Below are positions 31,609 through 41,049 of a stretch of DNA of 64,000 bases, piece after piece. Every line of letters begins with the position of its first letter. Position 1 is the stretch's first letter. A model generated the notes under the pieces. It worked only from the letters and a program-made list of their open reading frames with translations, was not told where the DNA came from and searched no databases. The translations under genes and the position numbers were made by a program. Where the stretch lies: positions 6,247 to 70,246 of the forward strand of contig JAFSUW010000007.1 of assembly GCA_017450465.1 (NCBI GenBank), written 5' to 3'. The stretch comes from Clostridia bacterium (GTDB lineage Bacteria; Bacillota; Clostridia; TANB77; RGIG9151).

Positions 31609-32372
31609 ACATTTATGTTTGGTAATGAAGAAACTTGATTTTTATGTATGTAATGCATACTTTTTTCTATGATATCTTTTACAGTTAAGTTTTTGAATTT
31701 TTGGAAGATGTCATAACCTTCGTTTTCTTTTTCGGTAATAAATTCGCTAAATACTTCTATGAATGGATTACCTAAGCCCTTTGCAAGTTCTTCATTTAAT
31801 AATTTTACAGCTTCTTCAAAACTAAGATCACGATTACGATATATGCGTGGTTCACGCAGAGCAGTATATATGTCTGTTATTTCTAGTAATGATATTTCTG
31901 GAAGTAGGGCATATATTTTTTTCTCTGAAAAATTCTTTGGATGATGGAAAAATACAGTTGCGATTATATCTGAGTCGAAACCAAATTTTTTTAGTAAATC
32001 GGCACTATATACCGAATGTTTAGACATTTCTACATATTCTTCTTCAGTTAATTTACCTGGTTTTGCAAGAATTGCTTTTTCTATTTTTATTTTTCCGATG
32101 TCATGCCACCAGCACATTACGATTAATTTATCGTACTGAGTTAAAGTTAAATTCTTTATATAATCAACGAAAAGTTTTACATCTTTATGTGAAATCTTTT
32201 TTTCTAAAATTTCGACTGGCATTTGACGTAAATAGTCTATAAACTCAATCATACAACTTGAAAGTTTTAACGAATGAGAGAAAGTATCTATTTTGGTATC
32301 ATTGGAACTTATAATATCATCAATAGTTGAACTATAAGTCTCGTAAAGTAAATCAAAGACAGCTTTATCCAT
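31593..32372 (-). CDS. HD-domain phosphohydrolase family protein
   Basis: MCWWHDIGK (H...HD) and a downstream FFHH. Its end overlaps the U32 gene convergently by 16 nt. Confidence 0.55.
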   Translation of the reverse strand: MDKAVFDLLYETYSSTIDDIISSNDTKIDTFSHSLKLSSCMIEFIDYLRQMPVEILEKKISHKDVKLFVDYIKNLTLTQYDKLIVMCWWHDIGKIKIEKAILAKPGKLTEEEYVEMSKHSVYSADLLKKFGFDSDIIATVFFHHPKNFSEKKIYALLPEISLLEITDIYTALREPRIYRNRDLSFEEAVKLLNEELAKGLGNPFIEVFSEFITEKENEGYDIFQKFKNLTVKDIIEKSMHYIHKNQVSSLPNINVHTTL

Positions 32373-32439
32373 AGTAAATCCTCCATTTCACCTTTTGTAA
32401 CAAGTATATAAATATTTTACCACTTTTGCCATAAATGTG

Positions 32440-32466
32440 TCAATTTAGTTGACACATTGTCCAAAA
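32440..32466. promoter_or_regulatory. Perfect 10-bp inverted repeat AATGTGTCAA-N4-TTGACACATT overlapping a TTGACA-18-TAATAT promoter; candidate operator
   Basis: It lies between the divergent HD-domain genes. The right half-site contains the -35 hexamer for the 32567 gene. Confidence 0.4.
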
Positions 32467-32566
32467 TATCTGATAATATATAAAACAGGACTTTTTTATT
32501 GCTTTACATAATAGAAATAACGCACTAGTAATATTAACCAATATATGAATATTTTGGGGGTGCAAG

Positions 32567-33208
32567 ATGGAAAATATAATAGATGATGCAATAAAGTTTG
32601 CGGAAGATTTTTTCAAAAATGACTTTAGTGGGCATGATTTTTATCACACTCTTAGGGTATATAACTTAGCAAAATACATTTTAACTTTTGAAAAAGGTGA
32701 TAATGAGTTGGTTTTACTATCTGCATTACTTCATGATGTTGATGATTATAAATTAGTTGGAAAACAAGAAGAGAAGTTTATTAATGCAAAAACATTTTTG
32801 CGTAGTAAAAATTATGATGAAGAGCGAATAGAAAAGATTTGCCATATTATTTCGCAAGTATCGTTTAAGGGCAAAGATACCGTAACTCCAGACACATTAG
32901 AGGGCATGGTAGTTCAAGATGCTGATAGATTAGATGCAATAGGTGCAATAGGAATTGGAAGAACTTTTGCGTATAGTGGCAATCATAATACGCCAATGCA
33001 TATACCAGGTGCTAAGTTTAATTTTGACATGAATGCTACTGAATACTACAATACAACGCGTACGACAATTAATCATTTTTATGAAAAATTACTTAAGCTA
33101 AAGGATATGATGAATACCAATACGGCCAAGAAAATGGCGGAGCATAGGCATAAATATATGGAAGACTTTTTAACTGAGTTTTATGCCGAGTGGGACGGAA
33201 AGTTATAA
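32567..33208 (+). CDS. HD-domain phosphohydrolase
   Basis: HDFYHTLRV ... ALLHDVDDYK ... QDADRLDAIGAIGIGRTFAY (HD motif and conserved Asp). Confidence 0.65.
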   Translation: MENIIDDAIKFAEDFFKNDFSGHDFYHTLRVYNLAKYILTFEKGDNELVLLSALLHDVDDYKLVGKQEEKFINAKTFLRSKNYDEERIEKICHIISQVSFKGKDTVTPDTLEGMVVQDADRLDAIGAIGIGRTFAYSGNHNTPMHIPGAKFNFDMNATEYYNTTRTTINHFYEKLLKLKDMMNTNTAKKMAEHRHKYMEDFLTEFYAEWDGKL

Positions 33209-33277
33209 ATTTGGGTTGTAAAGTGAGAAAATAAAGTGTAATATTTTAATGTAAATTTATTTTTAGGGGGAATAGTT

Positions 33278-33757
33278 ATGAAGAAGAATTTGATATTAAC
33301 AGGAATTTTAGTAGGTTCGTTATGTTTTGCTTTAACAGGTTGTGGTGAAAAAGTAGAAGAAACTACAGATATTCCAGATGTAGCAAGAGAATTAATTCCT
33401 ATTGAAGAAGAAGAGACTACTACAGTGGAAAATGATGTAGATACGCTTGATATAGAAAAAATAGAATTATATTCAGATGATCACAAAATGGTATTTAAAA
33501 ATTTAGATAATTCAGACTTGGTATTTTATTATGAAGGCGACAAAATTACTGGTTTTGAGGCATATTTCGAATATTCTGATGCTGCTACAGCAAAATTTGC
33601 AGCAAGTTATATTGAAAAAGGTGATACTGTAAAAGATGTATATGTAAAGGGCAAATATGTAGTAGTTGTATATAATGAATCTGAATATGAAGATTTAACA
33701 ACTGAAAGTGTAAGGACCGTTTATTCATATTTAGAGCAAGTACAAAAAGAAAATTAA
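33278..33757 (+). CDS. Lipoprotein, hypothetical
   Basis: Signal peptide with lipobox LTGC (MKKNLILTGILVGSLCFALTGCGEK). Confidence 0.55.
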   Translation: MKKNLILTGILVGSLCFALTGCGEKVEETTDIPDVARELIPIEEEETTTVENDVDTLDIEKIELYSDDHKMVFKNLDNSDLVFYYEGDKITGFEAYFEYSDAATAKFAASYIEKGDTVKDVYVKGKYVVVVYNESEYEDLTTESVRTVYSYLEQVQKEN

Positions 33758-33800
33758 TTGTAGCCAAGCGTATGCTTGGCTATTTTATGAGGAGGACACA

Positions 33801-34217
33801 ATGTTAAAGATAGATTTTGTAAAAGAATTTAACGATGAAATGGGGCAAATGCTAGATAAAGGTTTTAATGATTTTGCAAAAAAGAGCGATATTGTTTGTA
33901 ATTACACACCATTTACATTTGTTGCAAAAGAAAATGACAAAATAATAGGAATAATAACCGGTCATTCGTATTATAAAGAAGTACATATAGGAGATTTAAT
34001 TGTGCTTGAAGAGTATAGGAATAAGCATATTGGAAGTAAGTTAATGGCTGCCGTTGAAGAGTATTTTAAAGGCAAAGAATATAAGAATATAAACTTAACT
34101 ACTTATGGTTTTCAAGCACCTGAATTTTATAAAAAGTGTGGTTACGAGGTAGAATATATAAGGGAAGATAAAGAAGACCCACGCCTTACAAAGTATTTTT
34201 TAGTGAAGAAAATTTAA
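33801..34217 (+). CDS. GNAT-family N-acetyltransferase
   Basis: HIGDLIVLEEYRNKHIGSKLMAAVEEY acetyl-CoA-binding motif; 138 aa. Confidence 0.6.
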   Translation: MLKIDFVKEFNDEMGQMLDKGFNDFAKKSDIVCNYTPFTFVAKENDKIIGIITGHSYYKEVHIGDLIVLEEYRNKHIGSKLMAAVEEYFKGKEYKNINLTTYGFQAPEFYKKCGYEVEYIREDKEDPRLTKYFLVKKI

Positions 34218-34229
34218 TAGGAGGACCCA

Positions 34230-34712
34230 ATGAGCAAAATAAGAGAAATATTAAATGACAAAGAAAGCGTATTAGTTTTTGATGTGGATGGTGTGCTTGC
34301 ATTATTTGAATGGGGTGAGCATAATCATTATGCAGATGATGATGAGAGCTGGGCAAAAATGTACGAAGCAGGTGGAACATATTATACTGAAAAATTTGTA
34401 ATTAAGAAAATGCAAGAGTTCTTAAAAGACAAAGATAAATCAAGAATTTATGTTATAACAAAGGCCTTTAACGATAATGAGGCAGACGATAAAAGAAATT
34501 TTGTAAATAAGTTTTATGGCATACCGAAGGATCATGTATACTATGTTACAGATAATAAAGATAAGGCAAAAGTTTTGTGTGAGATCAAAAAAGGGTATAA
34601 AGAGTTACCAGATTATAAACTTGTGATGATTGAAGATACAATTGATATTTTAACTAATATATATGAAAACACTGGCTTTTCAACTGCACATATAAGTAGT
34701 TTCCTAGATTGA
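34230..34712 (+). CDS. HAD-like 5'(3')-deoxyribonucleotidase-family protein (putative)
   Basis: VLVFDVDGVLA DxDG motif N-terminally, then IYVITKAFN. Confidence 0.4.
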   Translation: MSKIREILNDKESVLVFDVDGVLALFEWGEHNHYADDDESWAKMYEAGGTYYTEKFVIKKMQEFLKDKDKSRIYVITKAFNDNEADDKRNFVNKFYGIPKDHVYYVTDNKDKAKVLCEIKKGYKELPDYKLVMIEDTIDILTNIYENTGFSTAHISSFLD

Positions 34713-34755
34713 CAGTTTGGCTTAAAGATAGTATAATAAACATAAGGTGATAAGT

Positions 34756-34839
34756 ATGGCAAATCTATTAACAGTTAAATTTAATAACTGGTGGCGTGTA
34801 TGGGAAAAAAATAGCCCATACAGATTTGACGTGCTATAA
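34756..34839 (+). CDS. trpL: Trp leader peptide (27 aa, MANLLTVKFNNWWRVWEKNSPYRFDVL) of a trpB attenuator
   Basis: AAGGTGA RBS 5 nt upstream of the ATG. Three Trp codons lie at codons 12, 13 and 16, inside and next to attenuator segment 1. Confidence 0.55.
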   Translation: MANLLTVKFNNWWRVWEKNSPYRFDVL

Positions 34840-34889
34840 AATTAGGAATTTAGCACATGTATGGGTAAAAACCATATATGTGCTTTTTT
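34795..34889 (+). promoter_or_regulatory. Ribosome-mediated transcription attenuator: 1:2 pause hairpin, 2:3 antiterminator, 3:4 terminator + U-tract
   Basis: Segment 1 GTATGGG (34798-34804) pairs with segment 2 CCCATAC (34815-34821). Segment 2 CCCATACA also pairs with segment 3 TGTATGGG (34858-34865). Segments 3:4 form a 13-bp hairpin AGCACATGTATGG/CCATATATGTGCT (34852-34884) followed by TTTTTT. Confidence 0.6.
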
Positions 34890-34968
34890 ATTACCAAAAA
34901 GGAGGTGGTGCGTATGGAAACTGATTGGGTTTGGTTAAAATATATTACAAAGAAAGAAGGAGATTTTT

Positions 34969-36117
34969 ATGAATTATGGAGAATTTGGTGGACAATATGT
35001 ACCACAAGGATTAAAGGTTAAGTTAGATGAAATTGAAAATGAATTTAATAAAGCAATTTCAGATGAAAGTTTTGTAAGTGAGTTTAATTATTATTTGAAA
35101 CAATATGTTGGAAGGCCTACGCCGTTATATTTTGCAAAGAATTTAAGCGAATTTGCAGGTGGTGCAAAGATATACTTAAAACGTGAAGATTTAAATCATA
35201 CTGGGGCACACAAGATAAATAATGCGATAGGTCAGGCATTACTTGCAAGACGAATGGGAAAAACTCATATCATAGCGGAAACTGGTGCAGGCCAGCATGG
35301 TGTTGCAGTAGCGACCGTATGTGCGTTATTTAATATAAGATGCACAATATTTATGGGAGCAGAAGATGTAAAAAGACAAAAGGTAAATGTAGAAAAGATG
35401 AAATTACTTGGTGCATCAATAGAAGAGGTAACAGTAGGCAATGCTACATTAAAAGAAGCGGTAGATGTTGCATTTAATTATTTATTAGAACATGAGGACG
35501 TATTTTATTTAATTGGCTCTGCAGTAGGGCCTAGTCCTTATCCTGAAATGGTAAAATATTTTCAAAAAATAATAGGGATAGAGGCAAAAAAACAAATACT
35601 AGAGCAAGAAAATATACTTCCAAAAGCTATTGTAGCTTGTGTTGGCGGTGGTAGTAACAGCATTGGATTATTTACAGATTTTATAAACGAAGATGTTGAA
35701 ATTTATGGCGTTGAAGGAGCAGGTAAGGGACTAGATACAGGTAAACACGCTTCAGCCATATACAATAATCAAGTTGGAATATTGCATGGTATGAAAACTA
35801 ATGTAATGCAAGATGAAGAAGGTAATGTAAAAGATGCATATTCAATTTCGGCGGGGTTAGACTACCCAGGAATTGGGCCAGAACATGCGTATTTTAATAA
35901 AATAGGTCGAGTAAAATATGATAGTGTAACAGATGAAGAGGCAGTTAATGCATTTAGGTTACTTACAAAATTAGAGGGAATAATACCAGCATTAGAGAGT
36001 AGTCATGCGATAGCATATGCATTAAAAATTGCGAAAAATTATGATAAGGAAGATATTATTATAGTAAATTTATCTGGAAGAGGAGATAAAGACCTAAATA
36101 TAGTAAATAGTTTATAA
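34969..36117 (+). CDS. trpB: Tryptophan synthase beta chain (stand-alone TrpB)
   Basis: [31 protein letters not shown] (PLP Lys), GAGQHGVA and GGGSNSIG motifs; 382 aa. No trpA or other trp genes are adjacent. Confidence 0.9.
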   Translation: MNYGEFGGQYVPQGLKVKLDEIENEFNKAISDESFVSEFNYYLKQYVGRPTPLYFAKNLSEFAGGAKIYLKREDLNHTGAHKINNAIGQALLARRMGKTHIIAETGAGQHGVAVATVCALFNIRCTIFMGAEDVKRQKVNVEKMKLLGASIEEVTVGNATLKEAVDVAFNYLLEHEDVFYLIGSAVGPSPYPEMVKYFQKIIGIEAKKQILEQENILPKAIVACVGGGSNSIGLFTDFINEDVEIYGVEGAGKGLDTGKHASAIYNNQVGILHGMKTNVMQDEEGNVKDAYSISAGLDYPGIGPEHAYFNKIGRVKYDSVTDEEAVNAFRLLTKLEGIIPALESSHAIAYALKIAKNYDKEDIIIVNLSGRGDKDLNIVNSL

Positions 36118-36148
36118 AAAAACTGTAGCGTAAGCTACAGTTTTTTTA
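36118..36148. terminator. Bidirectional terminator between trpB (+) and tRNA-Leu (-)
   Basis: CTGTAGCGTAAGCTACAG hairpin with AAAAAA 5' and TTTTTTT 3'. Confidence 0.7.
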
Positions 36149-36231
36149 TGGTGCTGTTGGTGGGACTTGAACCCACATGGTTTCCCGCAGCATTTTGAGT
36201 GCTGTGCGTATGCCAATTTCGCCACAACAGC
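36149..36231 (-). tRNA. tRNA-Leu (anticodon CAA) with a long variable arm
   Basis: Reverse complement GCTGTTGTGGCGAAATTGGCATACGCACAGCACTCAAAATGCTGCGGGAAACCATGTGGGTTCAAGTCCCACCAACAGCACCA; CTCAAAA anticodon loop. The ORF 36167-36367 across it is spurious. Confidence 0.9.
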
Positions 36232-36366
36232 AAATAAATTACTTTCATATATTACTATAAATTTAATTTTTTTTCAAGTATTTTCAAGATTTTACTATAA
36301 AGTTTTGGCATTTCTGCCGATTAATAAAAAGACACACATATTTACGAAACGGAGCTTGATTTTATA

Positions 36367-36795
36367 ATGAACTTATGCCAAGAAAAGATTACTGAAAGTG
36401 AATTCAAAGCGAAAATAGACAGCATGTTTATAATGCTCTATATTTCAATCATGATAGATAATTTAAAAAGAGTTTCCAATTTCTTAAGTGACTCTTTAAT
36501 GAATAGATATGAAAAATTTTTATCTGAATTAAATAAAAATAACGAACGACAAATGTATGATTTACTAAATGTTGAATCGACAAAAATCGAAAATACCGAG
36601 ATTGTTGATAATAAATTTGTAGTAAAAGTAAAACTTCTTACTAAATATATGGATTATGTTGAAGACAAGATGACTAAAAAAATTCTCAGGGGTAACAATA
36701 AAGAGCAAATTAAGAAGACTATTTTGCTTACACTTGAGAAAGATTGTGATGAGAATAATACCGACTGGATTTTTACTGATGTCGAAACCGTATAA
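36367..36795 (+). CDS. Hypothetical protein
   Basis: 142-aa ORF followed by a terminator hairpin AAGAGTGAATAATTTCACTCTT + TTTTGA (36800-36828). Confidence 0.4.
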   Translation: MNLCQEKITESEFKAKIDSMFIMLYISIMIDNLKRVSNFLSDSLMNRYEKFLSELNKNNERQMYDLLNVESTKIENTEIVDNKFVVKVKLLTKYMDYVEDKMTKKILRGNNKEQIKKTILLTLEKDCDENNTDWIFTDVETV

Positions 36796-36844
36796 TAAAA
36801 AAGAGTGAATAATTTCACTCTTTTTTGATACAATAATTATCCAA

Positions 36845-36888
36845 ATATTTTGTAGTGGCCGATGCCTACATCGGCCATATTTCAACAT
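36845..36888 (-). repeat. Single-hairpin GC-rich element (half-copy of the 13412-13530 type)
   Basis: TTTTGTAGTGGCCGATGCCTACATCGGCCATATTT; the reverse complement gives hairpin TGGCCGATG/CATCGGCCA + CTACAAAATATTT. Confidence 0.55.
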
Positions 36889-36902
36889 AATAATTTGTAA
36901 AT

Positions 36903-38015
36903 TTAGATTAGTTTTTTTAGTGATAGATTACTATCAAGAATAGCAATATCTGCTCTTTTACCTACCTCAATTGAACCAGTCACATCATCTATTCCAACTA
37001 CTTTTGCAGGATTTAAGCTTGCACAAACAACTGCCTCTGCTAAAGATGCAGTAGTAAAGTTTGTTAAGTTTTTAACTGCATCAAGTAAGTTTAATATACT
37101 ACCAGCGAGAGCACCTTCTTTTGTTTTTACCATGTCATTTTCCTTTGTTACTTTTACGCCACCGATTTCATATTCGCCATCAGGCATAGAAGCAGCTTGC
37201 ATAGAATCGGTAATTAGGACAAGCTCTTTTGCACCTTTTACCTTGAATGTAAGAGCAACAACATCAGGATTTACGTGTTTGCCATCTACGATAAGTTCTG
37301 TAAATACATCTGATGCAAGTGCGATACCTACGCAACCGGCTTTCCTGTGGTGAAGTGGACTCATTGCATTAAATAAATGTATCATTACATTTGATCCCCA
37401 AGAGAATGCTTTTTTTACAGTTTCGGCATCAGCGTTTGAATGCCCTATACCGATATTAATTCCACGTTTTACAGCTTCTTTTATAAATTCTTCGGCACCT
37501 TCTTCTTCAGGTGCTACAGTTATTCTAAGTTTCAAACCGTCAGCTGCTTCACATATATCATCAAGCTCTTTCAAGTTTGGTTTCCTTATTTCCGAAATCA
37601 TATGGCATCCAGGACAAGCAGTACTTATGTATGGACCTTCAACATGTATACCTTCAATTTTAACTTTATTGTTTCTTTTTGCTGCGACAGCAATTCTTTT
37701 TACTGCTGAAACTATAGTCTCATGAGGAGCAGTTACTGTAGTTGCATATATAGTTTTAGTAGCGTGATTTTCATAATGCTTTAGTAGTTTATCGAAGTTT
37801 TCATCGGCTACTGTTAAAAAGTCTTCACCCATAGCACCATGTGTATGGATATCAATAAAACTTGGTATTACATAATCGTTTTTGGCATCTATGATTTCTT
37901 CATCTAAATTATCAAATTTACCAATATCTATAATTTTTCCATCACGAATTAATACATCATTTTCGTAGAATTTTAGCATGTTAGAATTCAAAACTAAACC
38001 ATTTTTTATTAACAT
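36903..38015 (-). CDS. nagA: N-acetylglucosamine-6-phosphate deacetylase
   Basis: FIDIHTHGAMGEDF metal-binding motif; 370 aa; AAGGAGG RBS. Confidence 0.85.
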   Translation of the reverse strand: MLIKNGLVLNSNMLKFYENDVLIRDGKIIDIGKFDNLDEEIIDAKNDYVIPSFIDIHTHGAMGEDFLTVADENFDKLLKHYENHATKTIYATTVTAPHETIVSAVKRIAVAAKRNNKVKIEGIHVEGPYISTACPGCHMISEIRKPNLKELDDICEAADGLKLRITVAPEEEGAEEFIKEAVKRGINIGIGHSNADAETVKKAFSWGSNVMIHLFNAMSPLHHRKAGCVGIALASDVFTELIVDGKHVNPDVVALTFKVKGAKELVLITDSMQAASMPDGEYEIGGVKVTKENDMVKTKEGALAGSILNLLDAVKNLTNFTTASLAEAVVCASLNPAKVVGIDDVTGSIEVGKRADIAILDSNLSLKKLI

Positions 38016-38027
38016 TTTATTACCTCC

Positions 38028-38663
38028 TTAAAATATATCTAATATTTTGATAACCAAAGTTTCCATACCAGATAAGGTTTTACCTAAGGCCGTAGTAAGT
38101 GGCACATCAAGTAGTCCCATGAAAAGCAACGCAAAAACAATTATCTGACCATATGCTTCCCATTTCATATAGGCGAAATATTTATCTTCGGGCAAAATTG
38201 CACCTAGTACTTTTGAACCATCAAGTGGCGGAATTGGTATTAAATTAAATAAACTAAGACCAATATTTATTATAATTATTATTGGCAATAGATTATTGAT
38301 ATATGTCCCAAAATCAGTATTTAAGTTTTCTTGTATATGATAAATAAGTAAGCATATAAAAGCAATTAAAAAATTCATAACAGGACCTGCGAGTGCAACT
38401 TTAACCATGCCCATTTTTTTATTTTCATAGTACTCTGGATTAACCATTACAGGTTTTGCCCAACCAAATCCAACGAATAGTAGTGCAAGGGTACCTAAAG
38501 GGTCTAAATGGTTAAGTGGATTAAGTGAAAGTCGGCCAGTTCTTCTTGGAGTAGGGTCGCCTAATGTATATGATACAAAACCATGTGCAAATTCATGAAA
38601 ACATATGGCAATAAGTACTGCTGGAACACGGTATATTATAGCATTAATCAAACTGCTTAACAT
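38028..38663 (-). CDS. Site-2 protease (peptidase M50) family membrane metalloprotease
   Basis: HEFAHG zinc motif in a TM helix and a second LDGS motif; 211 aa. It is co-directional with and upstream of nagA. Confidence 0.7.
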   Translation of the reverse strand: MLSSLINAIIYRVPAVLIAICFHEFAHGFVSYTLGDPTPRRTGRLSLNPLNHLDPLGTLALLFVGFGWAKPVMVNPEYYENKKMGMVKVALAGPVMNFLIAFICLLIYHIQENLNTDFGTYINNLLPIIIIINIGLSLFNLIPIPPLDGSKVLGAILPEDKYFAYMKWEAYGQIIVFALLFMGLLDVPLTTALGKTLSGMETLVIKILDIF

Positions 38664-38738
38664 TTCTACACCTCATTTCATAGTATAATATACAACATTT
38701 TGTGGTTTTTGGCAAACTCAGTTTTTTAGGAGGATGAC

Positions 38739-40013
38739 ATGGAAACAATAAAAATAGGTTTGACAGGTACATGGGTGTATCTTTTACAAAGTACACTAAA
38801 AAAGATTGGTTTTTATAATGATATTGTTGACGGAATTTTTTGCGTTAAAACAGAAGAAGCGGTGTTTTCGTTTCAAAAAAGTTTTTCACTCATTCCTGAT
38901 GGTATTGTGGGCGAACAAACATGGAGTAGACTTGCACCGTATATAAATGGATACACAAACTATACCGTAAAAAGAGGCGATAGTTTATTTAGTATTGCAA
39001 ATTATTTTGAAACAAATGTAAATAGGATAATTGCGGCAAATCCGAATGTAGATTTTGCTACACTATATGAAGGGCAAAAAATTGTAGTGCCTTTCTTAAA
39101 AATAGTTCCAACAGATATAAATTATAGTTACGAGATAATGAATATAAATATTCCAGCATTAAAGAAGATATATCCTTTTTTATCTGTTGGGAGTATTGGT
39201 AAAAGCGTTATGGGTAAAATTATTCCGTACATACGTTTTGGAAGGGGCCCAAAAGAAGTGTTTTATAGTGCTGCAATCCATGCAAATGAATGGATAACAG
39301 CGGTTTTATTAATGAAATTTATTGAAAATATATCGCTTTCATATGTAAATGATTCTAAAATTTTTGGGTACAGGGCAAAAGAAATATTTGAAAATGTTTC
39401 TTTATATATTGTGCCAATGTGTAATCCAGATGGAGTAAATTTGGTAACTGGAGCGATTAACATTAGTAGCGATGAATATAAAAATGCAGAAAATATTTCT
39501 AAAAATTATACAGTAATACCTTTTCCAACAGGTTGGAAGGCGAATATTGAGGGAGTAGACTTAAATCTACAGTTTCCTGCAGGATGGGAGAAGGCAAGGC
39601 AAATAAAGTTTTCACAAGGATATAAAGTGCCTGCACCGCGTGATTTTGTAGGGAATGCACCACTTAGTGTACCAGAGTCAGAGGCATTATATAATTTTAC
39701 GAAGGAACATAATTTTTATTTAATTATTGCATACCATACACAGGGCGAAGTGATATATTGGAGATACTTAAATTATATGCCTGAAAATGCTAGCGAGATC
39801 GCAAATAAGTTTGCCGATATTAGTGGATACACATTGTCTAGTACGCCTTTTGCGTCTGGATTTGCTGGATATAAAGACTGGTTTATAGAAGAATATAATA
39901 GGCCAGGTTTTACGATTGAGGTAGGGCTTGGAGATAATCCGCTTCCGATAAGCCAGTTTAATGGTATATATCAAAAAAATGAGGGAATTTTGGTGACGGG
40001 TTGTGTCGTATAA
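38739..40013 (+). CDS. Cell-wall peptidase: PG-binding + LysM + M14 gamma-D-glutamyl-(L)-meso-diaminopimelate peptidase I-like domain
   Basis: PG-binding-like N-terminus ([33 protein letters not shown]), LysM ([16 protein letters not shown]) and M14 zinc motif ([10 protein letters not shown]). Confidence 0.75.
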   Translation: METIKIGLTGTWVYLLQSTLKKIGFYNDIVDGIFCVKTEEAVFSFQKSFSLIPDGIVGEQTWSRLAPYINGYTNYTVKRGDSLFSIANYFETNVNRIIAANPNVDFATLYEGQKIVVPFLKIVPTDINYSYEIMNINIPALKKIYPFLSVGSIGKSVMGKIIPYIRFGRGPKEVFYSAAIHANEWITAVLLMKFIENISLSYVNDSKIFGYRAKEIFENVSLYIVPMCNPDGVNLVTGAINISSDEYKNAENISKNYTVIPFPTGWKANIEGVDLNLQFPAGWEKARQIKFSQGYKVPAPRDFVGNAPLSVPESEALYNFTKEHNFYLIIAYHTQGEVIYWRYLNYMPENASEIANKFADISGYTLSSTPFASGFAGYKDWFIEEYNRPGFTIEVGLGDNPLPISQFNGIYQKNEGILVTGCVV

Positions 40014-40024
40014 ATGTTGGATTT

Positions 40025-40042
40025 TGTCGAATTATGTCGGAA
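40025..40042 (+). promoter_or_regulatory. Exact Spo0A-box TGTCGAA plus a TGTCGGA half-match in a convergent intergenic region
   Basis: TTTTGTCGAATTATGTCGGAAAA at 40021-40043, between the M14 peptidase stop and the spo0A stop. Confidence 0.2.
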
Positions 40043-40120
40043 AATTCTTGTAATATTTTACAATAATTCTTGATTTTGTAAAGATAAAAATATATAATAA
40101 TTTTGCAATGGGGAAGAAAA

Positions 40121-40139
40121 AAGTGCCCTAAAGGCACTT
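40121..40139 (-). terminator. Terminator hairpin for spo0A (U-tract on the minus strand)
   Basis: AAGTGCCCTAAAGGCACTT; the reverse complement is followed by TTTTTTCTT. Confidence 0.6.
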
Positions 40140-40142
40140 TAA

Positions 40143-40937
40143 TCAAAAATTCATTTCTAAACGTAATTTATCTGCAATCATAGCAATAAATTCACTGTTT
40201 GTTGGTTTACCTTTTCCCATATTTAAGGTATAACTAAACATTGATTTGATGTTATCTATTTTATTTCTTCCCCATGCTACTTCTATAGCATGGCGTATAG
40301 AACGTTCTACTCTACTTGGATTTGTATTAAATTTATCCGCAATTATTGGATATAACTGCTTTGTAATGCATTCTAGTATTTCATCATTCTTTATTACTTC
40401 AAGAATTGCTTCTCTTAAATATTTATGACCAGTCATATGTGTTGGAATACCTATTTTATGCATTATATTTGTTATTTCTACTTCTAAATTTTCCATCTTT
40501 GTTAATCTTTTTGGAACTACAAAACTATGTTGCGGTTCTTTTTTATTTTCAAAATTATTTTCTTCAAAAGCGTTTGTAATTCTTTTTGCCAAAATTTCAA
40601 AATCGAATGGTTTTAGCATAAAGCAGTATGCACCAAGGTTTATTGCGTTCTTTGCCATTTTTTCTTGTGATACGGCAGAAGTAACTATAAATATAGGTCT
40701 TTTGTCTATATCACTTTCATCTATCTTTTGCATAACACCAATGCCATCCATGTAAGGCATGATGATATCAAGTAATACTAAATCGGGTTTTTGGCTTAAA
40801 ATTTTTTCTATTGCACGATTTCCATCATTTACAACACTTAAAACATTGAAATTTTCATGCTTTGACAAAAATTCTTTCAAAATTTCTGCAAATTCATTAT
40901 TGTCATCAGCAATTAGTATGTTAATCTTATTATTCAC
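40143..40937 (-). CDS. spo0A: Stage 0 sporulation protein A (response regulator with a Spo0A_C DNA-binding domain)
   Basis: GTG start after GGGAGG. Receiver domain ([10 protein letters not shown]...[10 protein letters not shown]), then C-terminal [15 protein letters not shown] ... [22 protein letters not shown] ... [15 protein letters not shown], near-identical to the Spo0A signature. Confidence 0.9.
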   Translation of the reverse strand: MNNKINILIADDNNEFAEILKEFLSKHENFNVLSVVNDGNRAIEKILSQKPDLVLLDIIMPYMDGIGVMQKIDESDIDKRPIFIVTSAVSQEKMAKNAINLGAYCFMLKPFDFEILAKRITNAFEENNFENKKEPQHSFVVPKRLTKMENLEVEITNIMHKIGIPTHMTGHKYLREAILEVIKNDEILECITKQLYPIIADKFNTNPSRVERSIRHAIEVAWGRNKIDNIKSMFSYTLNMGKGKPTNSEFIAMIADKLRLEMNF

Positions 40938-40977
40938 AAAAATTCCTCCCTTATCTTTAGTAAAAAACACAAAAACA

Positions 40978-41049
40978 ATTATATAACGATATTTTATTTT
41001 AAATCAATACTTTTTTTGCTACAAAAATTCGTCAAAAATCGACAATTTA
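40978..41049 (-). promoter_or_regulatory. Candidate spo0A promoter (TTGATT-18-TATAAT on the minus strand) with two upstream 0A-like boxes
   Basis: Minus-strand read AAATTGTCGATTTTTGACGAATTTTTG ... TTGATTTAAAATAAAATATCGTTATATAAT. TGTCGAT and TGACGAA each match the 0A-box TGTCGAA at 6 of 7 positions. Confidence 0.35.

Noticed and set aside
34713-34900. T-box riboswitch upstream of trpB.
   Set aside because: There is no AGGGTGGNACCGCG T-box motif or specifier-loop architecture. The region is about 190 nt with a Trp-codon leader ORF, which fits ribosome-mediated attenuation instead.
36167-36367. 66-aa ORF overlapping tRNA-Leu.
   Set aside because: It sits on top of a well-formed tRNA-Leu(CAA) on the opposite strand; no RBS.
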